Below are positions 1 through 11,850 of a DNA stretch of 64,000 nt, piece by piece; the first letter of the stretch is position 1; each line of letters starts with the position of its first letter. The DNA comes from Octopus sinensis (Eukaryota), in contig NC_042998.1 in NCBI RefSeq assembly GCF_006345805.1, positions 12,896,001-12,960,000 on the forward strand, written 5' to 3'. The translations under genes and the position numbers were made by a program. The notes under the pieces were generated by a model. The model was given only the letters and a program-made list of their open reading frames with translations, had not been told where the DNA came from and ran no database searches.

Positions 1-719
1 TTGCTGTTGACAGTATTTCAGCATGTTGATCTTTTTGTTGATTCTTTTAATTTTCCTTATGAGAGATTTTCTATTTCTAGGGATTTGACACTTAGATTTG
101 TTTGCAGATCTTAATGGGGTGTGTCTTGCACATATGTTCGTGATGGTGTCTACAAGTGACTGCCAGGACTTTTTGATGTTAGTGGGTGTGTATGTGTGCG
201 TGAAGGACCAATCGACTTGTGCAAGATCATTATTGATCGCTTCCCAGTTTGCATTGTGGAAATCCATAGTGTCAAATGGATGAGCAGGAGGGATGACATT
301 TGTTTTGCATTTTGGCCAGTGAAATCTCAGATCACAGAGAACCATGTCATGGTTGGAGAGTAGGGTTTTCTCCACTGCAATATTGTGGATAGTATCAGTG
401 TGATTGCTGAAAATTAAGTCTAAGACGTTTTTGTGACATCTCGTTGGTTCGAGTACCAGTTGGGACAAGAAGAAGTCATCCATGAAGTCAAGAAGCGATT
501 CCACTGCCTCCCTGTCAGGGGTTGAGAGAGAAGAACCTGGCGGCAGACTGTTTGTAGACCAGTCAACCCCGGGAAGGTTGAAATCTCCCATCATTAAAAT
601 GTTGTCAGGTTGACACTGCTGAATGAAACACTTTATGCTGTTGAGGCATTCCTTGAAGCATGGTAGGGGCGTTTGGGGTGGTCTGTAGAGCCCAACTACT
701 GTTAAGTTGTTGGTTTGAC

Positions 720-720
<1 letters not shown>
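1..720 (-). mobile_element. CR1/L2-type LINE ORF2 fragment (APE-like endonuclease domain plus linker); the frame runs off the window edge
   Basis: Manual minus-strand translation from 720 is stop-free for 240 codons: ...VVGLYRPPQ...ILMMGDFNLPGVDW...LEPTRCHKNVLDLIFSN...LLSNHDMV.... These match the LINE endonuclease motifs YRPP, GDFN, LDL and SDH-like. The fragment is missing from the ORF track because it has no stop inside the window. It abuts (TA)n at 721. Confidence 0.9.
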
Positions 721-762
<42 letters not shown>

Positions 763-770
763 TTATATAT

Positions 771-849
<79 letters not shown>

Positions 850-870
850 ATATATATATGTATATATAAG
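721..870. repeat. (TA)n microsatellite
   Basis: Direct inspection; one of dozens of such tracts in the window. Confidence 0.95.
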
Positions 871-1074
871 TGAGGTCTCATCAATAAGTATCCCAACTGT
901 TGCCATAGTAACACACACATACATATGTACATCCAAACATGCAGTTACATGCTTGGCAAGTACATATTTGACCTTCATCACTAATGCACTAGATTTTAAC
1001 GTCCTGGATCATTTCTGCTGTTTACAGCGATGTTTGGAAGGAAGGTATGTAGGGTGTGATTGTTGCATTGTCGA

Positions 1075-1565
1075 TGACACAGAAAGTTGTCAAAGCGATA
1101 CCTGCTCAGAGGCCTCCGCAAAGTTGCAGAAAGTGCATGGAGAGGCGTATATGACCCGCACACATATGTACGAGAGGTTCGGGCGTTTCCACGATGGCGG
1201 AAAAAAGATCGATATTGACGAACATTCTACGAGACCTGCAACCAGCATAACTGAGAAAAGCATCGCAGATGTGCGTGCAGCTGTGAGCGGAAATCTTCAA
1301 GTCACTATCCGTGATTTATAAGGGAATGTGGTGATTAGTTGCGGTTGCATTCCGTAAATTATCGCTGAAGATTTGGGTATGAGACTCGCGTCTCCAAGTT
1401 TGTGCAAAATCTGCTTTCAGCTGATCCAAAAGACACTCGGGTTCCAGTTGCAGAATATTTCATTGCTTGGGTCGAGAACGATGAAAACTTTGAAAACTTT
1501 GCGCATGTCTGTGAGCAGATGTACCCGGATCTTTCGCATAATTTGATGCAGATTTTCTGTTCAAC
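1075..1565 (+). mobile_element. Decayed mariner transposase N-terminal (HTH) fragment, with a short inverted N-terminal piece at 1492-1562
   Basis: Translation SEASAKLQKVHGEAYMTRTHMYERFGRFHDGGKKIDIDEHSTRPATS...VTIRDL*...IIAEDLGMR matches the mariner N-terminal pattern, with stops and frameshifts. Confidence 0.85.
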
Positions 1566-1766
1566 CTTTTACTTGTTTCAATTATTTGATTGTGGCCATG
1601 CAAGAGCACCGCCTTTAGTTGAACAAATCGACCACAAGTCCTATTCTTTGTAAGCCTAGTACTTATTCTATCGCTATCTTTTGCTGAACCGCTAAGTTAC
1701 GGGGACATAAACATACCGGCATCGGTTGTCAGGCGATGTTTTGGGACAAACACAGACACACAAACG

Positions 1767-1865
<99 letters not shown>

Positions 1866-2027
1866 GGCGGGCTTCTTACCGCTTCCGTCTACCAAATCCA
1901 CCCAGAAGATTTTGGTCGGCCCGAGGCTATAGTACAAGACACTTGTCCAAAGTTCTACGCAGTTGGACTGAAGCAGAAATCACGAGTTTCGTAAGTAAGC
2001 TACTTACCACACCTCACTCCTACGCCA
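1566..2027 (-). mobile_element. tRNA-derived SINE, family 1 (CORE-like head, internal microsatellite)
   Basis: Reverse complement matches the copies at 48116 and 55688: A/B-box-like head, CCTTGGGCAAG-like motif, internal (TA)n(TG)n, and tail GATAGAATAAGTACT...GGTGCTCCAGCATGGCC...GAAACAAGTAAAAG. Confidence 0.9.
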
Positions 2028-2989
2028 TCAGGAACGATAATGTTTTATTAGCGTGGAAGGTTTTTGTTTCCCATATCGAAGTCCAATAAGCTAAAAAAAA
2101 CGTTCCTTTTAATAGTTGACGGTTAGCAATTACGTTTGCTATGTATGGGAATAAATATCCAAATTGAGGGAATGGAACAGGTAAAATTGAGGCTGGCGAA
2201 AATTAATAATTACTTAACGAACACATATATAATTACGGATAAGTGTATAAACATATATATCTATATATCTCTACACATAAGAAAATGAGATGAACTAGGA
2301 ATAAACGACTGTCTTATGAAATTCATTAGCTTACAGCTGCTTCTATTCTAAGATGGATTGGTCTCATTTTTGTGTGCCTGAATGAAACCTTAGACCTTCA
2401 TTGGAGAATACACACACACACACACAGAAACACACACACACACATACAGGCACACATTCTGTGTGCATATATCTATGTGTTCAGTTTTTGTTACGAAATA
2501 TGCTTACTTATTATAGCTTTATAAAAATTGATAAGTTTATGCGTGATGCACAAAAGATTAAATTATCAAAGGACAATAATTTCACAAAAATCCTGTTACA
2601 TAGAATTTTACGGCACAGTGCAATCCCATCGAACTTACTTTACAGCATTGCACCAGTTTCACCTGTGCAACGTTACAAGCATATATACGACAGGTATTTT
2701 GTCACATATTAAACGTAGACATTTTAGCTTTTTTAAGCTCTGCGTTTCATAGTTTGTATACATTTTCTTGCAAATTTTGTCGATATTGTATGCAACACCA
2801 TTATGTCTGTAAATACGAATACATTGTTCAAAATGTAACGTTCAGAGAACGTCCAGATCGGTTAACGTCACGTTTTCGAGAAATGTCTACAACATTAACT
2901 GACGCATGAATGTATATTGACGCCATCACATGAATACACACATGTACGCAGGCTAAAACATATAAACAGATACTCTAACACACATACGT

Positions 2990-3063
2990 GTATATATGTA
3001 TATAAAAATATATAAATATGTGCGTGCGTGTGTGTACTAATATATATTAATATATGTATATAC

Positions 3064-3144
<81 letters not shown>

Positions 3145-3189
3145 GTATATATATACATACATATATATATATGTATGTATATATATATG

Positions 3190-3223
<34 letters not shown>

Positions 3224-3241
3224 ATATAGATAGATAGATAT

Positions 3242-3315
<74 letters not shown>

Positions 3316-3351
3316 AGCTCTGAGCGAGGAATAAGTGGCAAATATACTTCA

Positions 3352-3432
<81 letters not shown>

Positions 3433-3558
3433 TATATTTATATGTATATATATATGTATATGTATATATATATGTATATGTATATATATGTATGTATATA
3501 TAAATATATATGTATATGTATATATATATGTATATGTATATATATGTATGTATATATT

Positions 3559-3600
<42 letters not shown>
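2990..3600. repeat. Compound microsatellite block (TA)n/(GATA)n/(TG)n/(TATATG)n
   Basis: Direct inspection. Confidence 0.9.
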
Positions 3601-3603
<3 letters not shown>

Positions 3604-3993
3604 GAAAATATACGAACGTACCAAGAAGGTATAAATCCACAAATCATATAAATAAAAGAAAGCTGAATTGAAAATCTCGGCAAATATGTCTGCAAACAAA
3701 AAATATATTGGAAAACAGTTTATGTTAATAACATCAACTTCAACATGAAATGTGCTGCTTGGTTGAGAGACTTGTCTAATTAGGTTCCATTTCTTTATTT
3801 TTAAATTATATTTACGATTCAAGATTCTTTCGTTCGTCGCTTTCTTCCTTGTCTATTGTCCCTCTCTCGTTCTTTTTTGTCTATCTCTATCTGTATATTG
3901 CTTTATACATAGCATACATGTGCTTATATAGAAACATATGCTCACATATGTGTATGTTATATGTGCGCATATATTTTATAGAAACATATTCGC

Positions 3994-4030
<37 letters not shown>

Positions 4031-4130
4031 AATATATATTATATATGCATATATATATATATGTATATATATATAAGTATATGTATATACATGTATATAT
4101 ACATATATATTCATTCATATATAAATATTC

Positions 4131-4161
<31 letters not shown>

Positions 4162-4198
4162 ATATATATATTTAATTTATATTATATGATATATATAT

Positions 4199-4247
<49 letters not shown>

Positions 4248-4248
4248 T

Positions 4249-4302
4249 AACAAAAACTGTCTGATGAACGGCAACGAGAAACTCAGAGTAACAGATTTTG
4301 TT
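4249..4302 (+). ncRNA. Minimal type I hammerhead ribozyme motif in a PLE-like terminal repeat (copy 1)
   Basis: AACAAAAACTGT-CTGATGA-ACG-GCAA-CGA-GAAA-C-TCAGA-GTA-ACAGATTTTGTT. Helix I pairs at 11 of 12 positions, the core CUGAUGA/GAAA/GUA is canonical, helix II is short with a GNRA loop (closing A.A mismatch), and the helix III region ACTCAGAGT is quasi-palindromic. Confidence 0.7.
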
Positions 4303-4386
4303 GAATTTTCTGCTGCTTAAAATAAAGTATATATATATTTATATATATATGAATATTTATTTTATATATCCTTAAAATCATATATC

Positions 4387-4432
<46 letters not shown>

Positions 4433-4614
4433 GATATGTATGTAATATATATATGGTCGCAGCTCTGAGCTGAAACTAGAATAAAAAAAATATATATATA
4501 CTTGTGTTTGTGTATGTATGTGCATTATATATCTATTCATATATGCGCCTATGTTCATGCATGTGTGTTTGGGATTTCGTTGTGTATATAAATATTTCGT
4601 TGTATATATAAATA

Positions 4615-4688
<74 letters not shown>

Positions 4689-4707
4689 TTAATTATATAT
4701 ATATATA

Positions 4708-4764
<57 letters not shown>

Positions 4765-4766
4765 CT

Positions 4767-4820
4767 AACAAAAACTGTCTGATGAACGGCAACGAGAAAC
4801 TCAGAGTAACAGATTTTGTT
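4767..4820 (+). ncRNA. Minimal type I hammerhead ribozyme motif (copy 2, identical, 518 bp downstream)
   Basis: Same sequence as 4249-4302, inside a local tandem duplication. Confidence 0.7.
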
Positions 4821-4902
4821 GAATTTTCTGCTGCTTAAAATAAAGTATATATATATTTATATATATATGAATATTTATTTTATATCCTTAAAATCATATA
4901 TC

Positions 4903-4946
<44 letters not shown>

Positions 4947-6404
4947 GATATGTATGTAATATATATATGGTCGCAGCTCTGAGCTGAAACTAGAATAAAA
5001 AAAATATATATATACTTGTGTTTGTGTATGTATGTGCATTATATATCTATTCATATATGCGCCTATGTTCATGCATGTGTGTTTGGGATTTCGTTGTGTA
5101 CGCCCGTCTGTGTTGGTGCATTTTTACTTGCCTCAATTTTACACGAGAGTATTTATGTGTCTGAATCTACAACTCAGAGTATGGGAAGGATAGGATAAAG
5201 ATATATAAAAAAAGATCAGAAGAAAGTGAAAATAAAAGCAAACAAAGTGAGGGGGAAGATGTAGTAACTACATTTATTATCATCATCTTTTCTAAAGAGA
5301 ATTTAATGAAGTCCTTCCATAAACTGAATAAAAAAATATAAACGAAATTGTGTTGCTAACATAAAAATAGAACACACACAGCCACACAAACACTTAGTCG
5401 CGCAAACACTAAAAAACACACAGACCCATATACATAAATACATAAATATATATACATACATATGTGCGTGAGTGTATGAGTGTGTGTGTGTTTTTAATGA
5501 AATGAAATGAATAAATCAGATGTATTTATAACACAATGCCTGTATAATAAAGAAAAAGGCATTATTCTTTAGAATTGATTAAAATTAGAACTGATAGGTA
5601 GGTATGACCTACTTTTAAAATGCCATAACTCTGTCTCGCTTCGCTTTTGTATATGTCGATCAATCATTCTAAAATCAGTACACAATGGCGATGCACGGTG
5701 AAATTGGCCTACGGTGGAAGTCAATATCCATCTTCTTATAAAATGTCTTTTGTCAGATTTGTAACAAACCGACACAGAAAAGCAATCAGTTTAGCAGTCT
5801 AACTTGCCTCTTCTCTGATGTGTTTTGTCATAATAGACTGCTTTTCTATGAAACAAGACCGCCCAGTAACTTGGTACGAGGGAATTAAGCAGCACCTAAT
5901 ATTTATACTAAACAACATTAGATGGAGTTTGAAAAGGATTGACTGAATAAAAGCAAACGAAAAATATCGGTGGGGTGGGGGATGGGGGTGGGGGGTGACG
6001 ATGGAAAGAACGTAATAAAGAGAAGAATTGTGAAAGAAAATATAAAAAGAAATAAAGCCATATCTTGGAGAGCAAAGACGTCGGGAATATGCACTAGGTA
6101 AATGGAAGAAATAATTAAGTTGATGATGATGCTGCTGAGGAGGAAGATGAGGAGGAGGTGGACGGGGAGGAGGAAGAGGAAGGTGATGATTAATGATGCC
6201 GCGGCTGTCGATGGAAATGATATTAGTAATAATTATATTGTTGCTTTTTTTTTTATTTTTCTTAATAATTATTATTATTATAATTTCACTGGACAATGTG
6301 ATAGATCAATGCGTATAGTGTGCAATACGTGCATATGCATAAATGCGTAGACACATCTACCCGAGCGTGCACACACACACAGACACACACGTGCATACAC
6401 GTAC

Positions 6405-6450
6405 GTATATATACATACATACACACACACTATATATATATATATGTGTC

Positions 6451-6483
<33 letters not shown>

Positions 6484-6553
6484 ATATATATATATAAATA
6501 AACATATATATATATATATTTATATATACATACATACATACATACACACACAC

Positions 6554-6600
<47 letters not shown>

Positions 6601-6676
6601 ATGTATATATATATATATAAATAAACATATATATATATATATTTATATATACATACATACATACATACACACACAC

Positions 6677-6709
<33 letters not shown>

Positions 6710-6816
6710 ATGTATGTATATATATATATATATAAATAAACATATATATATATATATTTATATATACATACATACATACATACACACACACTATATATAT
6801 ATATATATATATGTGT

Positions 6817-6852
<36 letters not shown>

Positions 6853-6930
6853 AATATATATATATGTTTATTTATATATATATATATATACATACATACA
6901 TACATACACACACACATATATATATATATA
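6405..6930. repeat. Higher-order repeat of microsatellites, about four units of about 120 bp
   Basis: The marker TAAATAAACATATA recurs near 6496, 6619 and 6733 within the same (CA)(TA)(TG)(TATG) ordering. Confidence 0.85.
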
Positions 6931-7134
6931 TACATGCACACACACACACATACACACAAATACACATATGTGTAGAATGGCAGTGGAATGGTGATGTATG
7001 AATCGATTATAGTCGCCTTTGAAATATATGACAGTGTATCTTTGTTGGAGATCATTAGTAGTAACGGCATTATTAATGTACTGGCCATTCCTATAACATT
7101 TCCTCCTCCCCTTCGCAATCCTATTCTTCTGCTT

Positions 7135-7229
7135 CTTACTACTACTACTTCTACTACTATTACTACTTCTACTAATACTACTACTACTACTACTGCGACT
7201 ACTACTGCTGCTGCTGCAACTGCCCCTAT

Positions 7230-7266
<37 letters not shown>

Positions 7267-7372
7267 GTTGCTGTTACTACTACTACTACTACTACTGCTA
7301 CTACTACTACTACTACTACTACTGCTGCTGCTGCTGTTGCTGCTGCTGTTACTGCTACTGCTGCTGCTGCTG

Positions 7373-7413
<41 letters not shown>

Positions 7414-7534
7414 GCCGCTGCCTGCACCTCTACTGCCCCTGGTGCTGCTACTACTACTATTGTTGCTGCTATTACTGCTACTACTGCTGCTGCTGCTGCT
7501 TCTACTACTACTACTACTGTTGGTGCTGCTGTTG

Positions 7535-7580
<46 letters not shown>

Positions 7581-7582
7581 AT
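7135..7582. repeat. (CTA)n/(CTG)n trinucleotide microsatellite
   Basis: Direct inspection; explains the poly-T/V/L ORFs. Confidence 0.95.
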
Positions 7583-8166
7583 GCTCTTGGGTGGAGAGAA
7601 GAAATACGTAGTATATAACCATAAAATCATTTCTATTAAATTGCGCTAAAACAGTAGCCGTTCTCTACAAGAACAGGTTCAATGGCGGTGATAGAAAGCA
7701 GAATGCAGATCAAACTAGCAGCAATAATTGCAGTTGCATCAGTGTGACAGAAGAGCAATAATCTAAAATGCTCACTAACAAATACAGTCCCAGTTTGCGC
7801 GTGTCATTTTTTGATTCGAGAATTTTTAAGATAATATCGTTGAGAAATGTAGTTTTTATTAGCACTGACATTACGAAGTACTCATGCACATCAATGGAAA
7901 GCATTATCAACACTGATACGCGGGTAATTAATAGTAGGATGAGGTCAATGCCGACAGTTGAGCATCAAGTGGAACGCTAGCAGCATTACTGATATTTGCA
8001 GTTCTGACTGCATCGCCGATGACAGTAACTGTTCTGTAACTGCAACATCGATGAAAATAGTATAACTAGTATGTGAATAAGCCGGAAAGTGAGATTAATG
8101 ACAGTCATCGTTCTGAAAGAATGGTTCTCTAAAACAACACCGGTATGACCTCAAAATGGAATTCCT

Positions 8167-8605
8167 CATCATTGTTCGACCGTGGTCGAGACAATGGAAT
8201 TTACTATGCTACGCCAGACTTCACGGTCCATCATAGCATTACGGAGGTCCTGTTGCTGGATGTCTGTATCCCTGGAGATACATCAGGGTAGGAGTGTGTG
8301 CGTCCTCTGGTATCGCGAGTAGATGGCTTCCAGAGGAAAAGAGTAGAAATTGCCTCGTTTTCAGCTCTACAACAATGTCCAGCAAACTGGACTCTCCTAC
8401 CTTTCACAAGAGATGATACAGGCGGTAGTTTCCTATATATTTGTACTTTGGTTGGATGACGCTTCCACGAGAGCTTTGAGCTCTCATAAGGAGACGAGTG
8501 TAAGTTCCATCCACCTGCCTCTCAAGCTTCTTTGATAACGTCCAGGTTTCTGAGCCATATAGTAGAATTGGTTCGACTGTGGCTTTGAAGATTTGGAATT
8601 AGTAA
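8167..8605 (-). mobile_element. RTE-clade LINE 3' end (post-RT C-terminus) with (TGA)n tail
   Basis: Minus-strand translation FKATVEPILLYGSETWTLSKKLERQVDGTYTRLL...RRVQFAGHCCRAENE...LWKPST...MMDREVW; same family as 63824-64000. Confidence 0.88.
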
Positions 8606-8659
8606 ATAAGGAAAAATATAGTCTCCGCATGTAGATGTTGACTACGTTCCTTCATACTA

Positions 8660-9171
8660 TCGGGTTGTCCGGAAAGTTCGTGTCGATTATTAAAGGAAAG
8701 AGAAAGGTCAATAAATACTTGCCATTACATCCAAATATGAACCATTTTGTTGCACAATTCGTCTCCAACTTTCCTTTAACTTGAAAATACCCTCTTCCCA
8801 GAATTGTGGTGGTTTCATGGCAAAGAATTAATCAACGTACCTTTTTACCTCATCCAAGGAATTGAATTTTTTACCAATAAGTCCTTTCTACAGTGACCTG
8901 AATTAGTGGAAATCCGAAGGAGCAATATCTGGTTAATATCTAGGGTGGGGTAACACATCCCAGCCGAGCTGCAGGAATTTTTGTCTGGTTCGCAAAGTAT
9001 CAAGTGCCGAATTTAAAGGGTTACAGAATTAACACAGGTTATATGAACATAAACCTTCTTTCCCGAAAAGATAGCTTATAGTGTGCTCTAAATGGTGGAG
9101 TAGTCAAATCCTATTTTATGGCCTCAACCATAAGCTACTATAAATCGGCACGAACTTTCCGGACAACCCAA
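8660..9171 (-). mobile_element. Internally deleted mariner element retaining both TIRs and the TA target-site duplication
   Basis: TIRs T(C/T)GGGTTGTCCGGAAAGTTCGTG(T/C)CGATT at 8660 and, inverted, ending at 9171; TA flanks both ends. Minus-strand remnant RQKFLQLGWDVLPHPRY*PDIAPSDFH...FWEEGIFKLKESWRRIVQQNGSY. Confidence 0.9.
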
Positions 9172-9932
9172 TAGTTACCAAGATGACTAACAAATCTAGA
9201 CTGTACAGGGTAGAAAAGACTTGAAAATGAAGGTCTGCTAGCCAAAGGAATTCGTCTTGCAGCACACGTCTTGTACGGACCTGACTGATACCATCTAGGT
9301 GGTTGTAAAATTTGACTCCAATAGATAAGTTCGAGCATTTATCAATTGCCCATGATAGGAACTTCTCCGGAACTCACCAATTATTGGATTCATGTTGACG
9401 CTACAATTCCTCTGAATACGTTGACACTTATCTCTATCACCCAGCCTCTATAGTGTATTATCGTGGAAATTCCATCCAACGAATGTCTGATTTGCAGAAG
9501 CCGTGAGTGTTCCACAGCATTCAAATGCAAAGCGTAGAGCCTTAGAATTTCCCTCAATTAAGACCGCAGCCCTGTGAAAGCCACAGGATATAGTTGAACA
9601 TATTTTACAGAGGGCTTTCAGCCATGCACACTGTCCAGAAATCTAAACCGATATGTGAGTTACTGAACAGAGAGAGTCCTTTAGCAAATGAAATATTTCT
9701 AATCTACAAGAAGCAGTAAAACAGCCAATTCAATCTACAAAACATGGAGCAAAGCATAATAGTCATGAAGGTGACCATTAGTTGGTGATATTCACCAACT
9801 AGGACCGATATTTTAGGCATACATTTCTGCATTTAACTTTTCTAGTTGAGAGTGGTGAACCTGTCCGTAATAAAACGCAGCATTTTACGTACCAATAAGA
9901 CTAGCCCATTATATATATATAAATTATAATTA

Positions 9933-10061
9933 AGGGTATCTAAGAGATACCGCCACGCTGGAAATAGCAGCCAAAACTAGACTTTAAAACCACATTAAAT
10001 GTGGTTTTAGAGTCAAGTTTTGGCTGCTATTTCCAGCGTGGTGGTATCTCTTAGATAACCT
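9933..10061. repeat. Near-perfect 129-bp palindrome (foldback)
   Basis: Two 64-bp arms centred on 9997 with a 1-nt loop and about 4 mismatches (...CCACGCTGGAAATAGCAGCCAAAAC... / ...GTTTTGGCTGCTATTTCCAGCGTGG...). Confidence 0.95.
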
Positions 10062-10184
10062 AAATTTTAATTTTAATAATAATTTTTACCTTTGAAGGCT
10101 TTTATTCTCATGCTAGCCACCTGATAATATCGGTATTTAAATAGCGATCTTATGCTTATTTATATAAATACGTATGTATATATC

Positions 10185-10264
<80 letters not shown>

Positions 10265-10544
10265 ATATTCCATAAAAGATATATACAATGGAAGGAATCA
10301 ATTGAATGTTAAAATGAAATTGCTTCTGTCCGCAAGACAGGTAATTCTATTGACTCTACATTCTCTGATTTGATTTTATGATAAGAGTTAGTTTGATATT
10401 GGTACGTTCGACAAATTAAGCTTTTGCTAATATTGTTCATAAGTTTAATTATAAGTTCCCTCAAACTTTTCTCCGTATCAATATTGCATCAATGTTCAGT
10501 CGTGTTACTGGTTAATAATTTATTTGTATTTCATACATGACCAT

Positions 10545-10745
10545 TAAGGCGCGGAACTACCAAAGCTGACGGCACCAAAGTTGAGAGCACCGAAGTTGAT
10601 GCTCAGTGGCATTTCTTCCGGCATTATGTTTTAACACATATGCCATCACGGTCGGTATGATAAGTACAAATCCAGCACTGGGGTCCATATGGTCTCTTAG
10701 CATCCCCCAACCAAATTTTAGGCTTTTGCTTATATTAGAAAAGAG
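10545..10745 (+). mobile_element. Degenerate SINE, family 2
   Basis: Residual motifs AAGGCGCGGAACT, GGCATTTCTTCC, GATAAGTAC...CACTGGGGTC and a tail like that of the 40283-40450 copy. Confidence 0.5.
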
Positions 10746-10769
10746 AAAAATTTAAATGTGAACAGTATA

Positions 10770-11075
10770 TAAACTTAGATAAACTTAGATGTGTTTTGAC
10801 CAAAGATTGGTCCAGGCCATGTCTAACTTAATAGCACCACCTGATAGAATTATTCGAATCCTGTTTAAGTCAAGTTTTGTTTATGATCCATTCAAGTAGT
10901 GAGTTCTTGTTGGGTGAGTTGTATCCAATTATGGGTGGCTTATCTGGTATTATTTGAAGGAATCTATCCAGACTCCGTTTAAAATTGATGGGATCCTTTT
11001 CCTCTTTGATCTCTTTCGGGACAATGTTAAATGGGGCAGGGCCTGTTGAGGAAACGAAATTATGTTGCAGTGTAC
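10770..11075 (-). mobile_element. CR1-like LINE 3' end, 5'-truncated, with (TCTAAGTTTA)n terminal repeat
   Basis: Reverse complement encodes ...HNFVSSTGPAPFNIVPKEIKEEKDPINFKRSLDRFLQIIPDKPPIIGYNSPNKNSLLEW; nearly identical to 26671-26960. Confidence 0.9.
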
Positions 11076-11599
11076 AGTGTATATTGTAACTATATTTTAT
11101 TATGTTTGGATTCAGTGAAGTTATTTGTACTTGTTAACTATTTTAGGAAAATTCTTCATGTTTCTTCAGTTTAAGCTTAGATTATATTTGTATGTTCTCT
11201 TAAAATATATTTTGTTTTTCTCTGCGATGTATTATTTTCTTTGCATTGAAAATATAATATTAATAAGAATTATCAATATAAATAAATTATTTCCAAGTTT
11301 ACTCAGTGAGTAATTGCACTTAACTTTTCTATTTCCAGTCGCTATATTTCTCTTTCTGGCGAGGTATTTATGTTCTTATGTTATACAAAGGACAGGAAGT
11401 TTGCGTTGAATTTTTTTCAATATGTATTAGTTCAACAAGAGATACTGTATTGTCGCTATGTCGTCAGATTCATTGTACATATAAGGAAACGTGTTGCCAT
11501 CTATGCTTGTAAGTGGAGGATAATATTATCTCTTCATAATATTACAAGAATTTTGCCAAGGAGTTAACAAAGTGGTTAGCGTCTGTCGTTGCTACACTG

Positions 11600-11850
11600 G
11601 TCAATGATGCACAAAGGTGCGCTATCCCTAACAGATCTATCCGCGACAACCGGGTATGGCTTTTGCGTTTTCGTTCATATGTTCTTTTGTCACACACAAT
11701 TCTCCAATTATTACTGGCGTTACATTCATCTTCTGCTCCGCATCATGAAACTTCAGTTTCGAGGTTTTCATAGAACAATTTCTCCACACTTTTTGGGGCA
11801 ATATTTTGGTCCCAAAGGATTGCAATGTCTATCAGTATGCAGCTACTTGC
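11600..11850 (-). mobile_element. Decayed C-terminus of an RLE-endonuclease non-LTR retrotransposon (R4/Dong-like)
   Basis: Frameshifted minus-strand pieces LIDIAILWDQNIAPKSVEK...LETEVS...KMNVTPVIIGELC...KAIPG resemble the IDVAVPxDxNIxxKExEK...PVVIGALG...IPG pattern. Confidence 0.6.

Larger units (their letters stand above)
4120..5100 (+). repeat. Tandem duplication, unit about 515 bp
   Basis: Unique sequence 4246-4586 is repeated at 4763-5100; (TA)n-rich tracts precede both copies. Confidence 0.9.

Noticed and set aside
2285-2410. Minus-strand hammerhead-like remnant (CCAATGAAGGTCT...AGACC...GAAGCAGCTGTAAG)
   Set aside because: The core is mutated on both sides and about 16 extra nucleotides separate the putative helix II from GAAG; it is too degenerate to call.
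9779-9801. 10-bp perfect hairpin TAGTTGGTGA-TAT-TCACCAACTA
   Set aside because: Isolated and short, with no associated element ends; plausible by chance in 64 kb.
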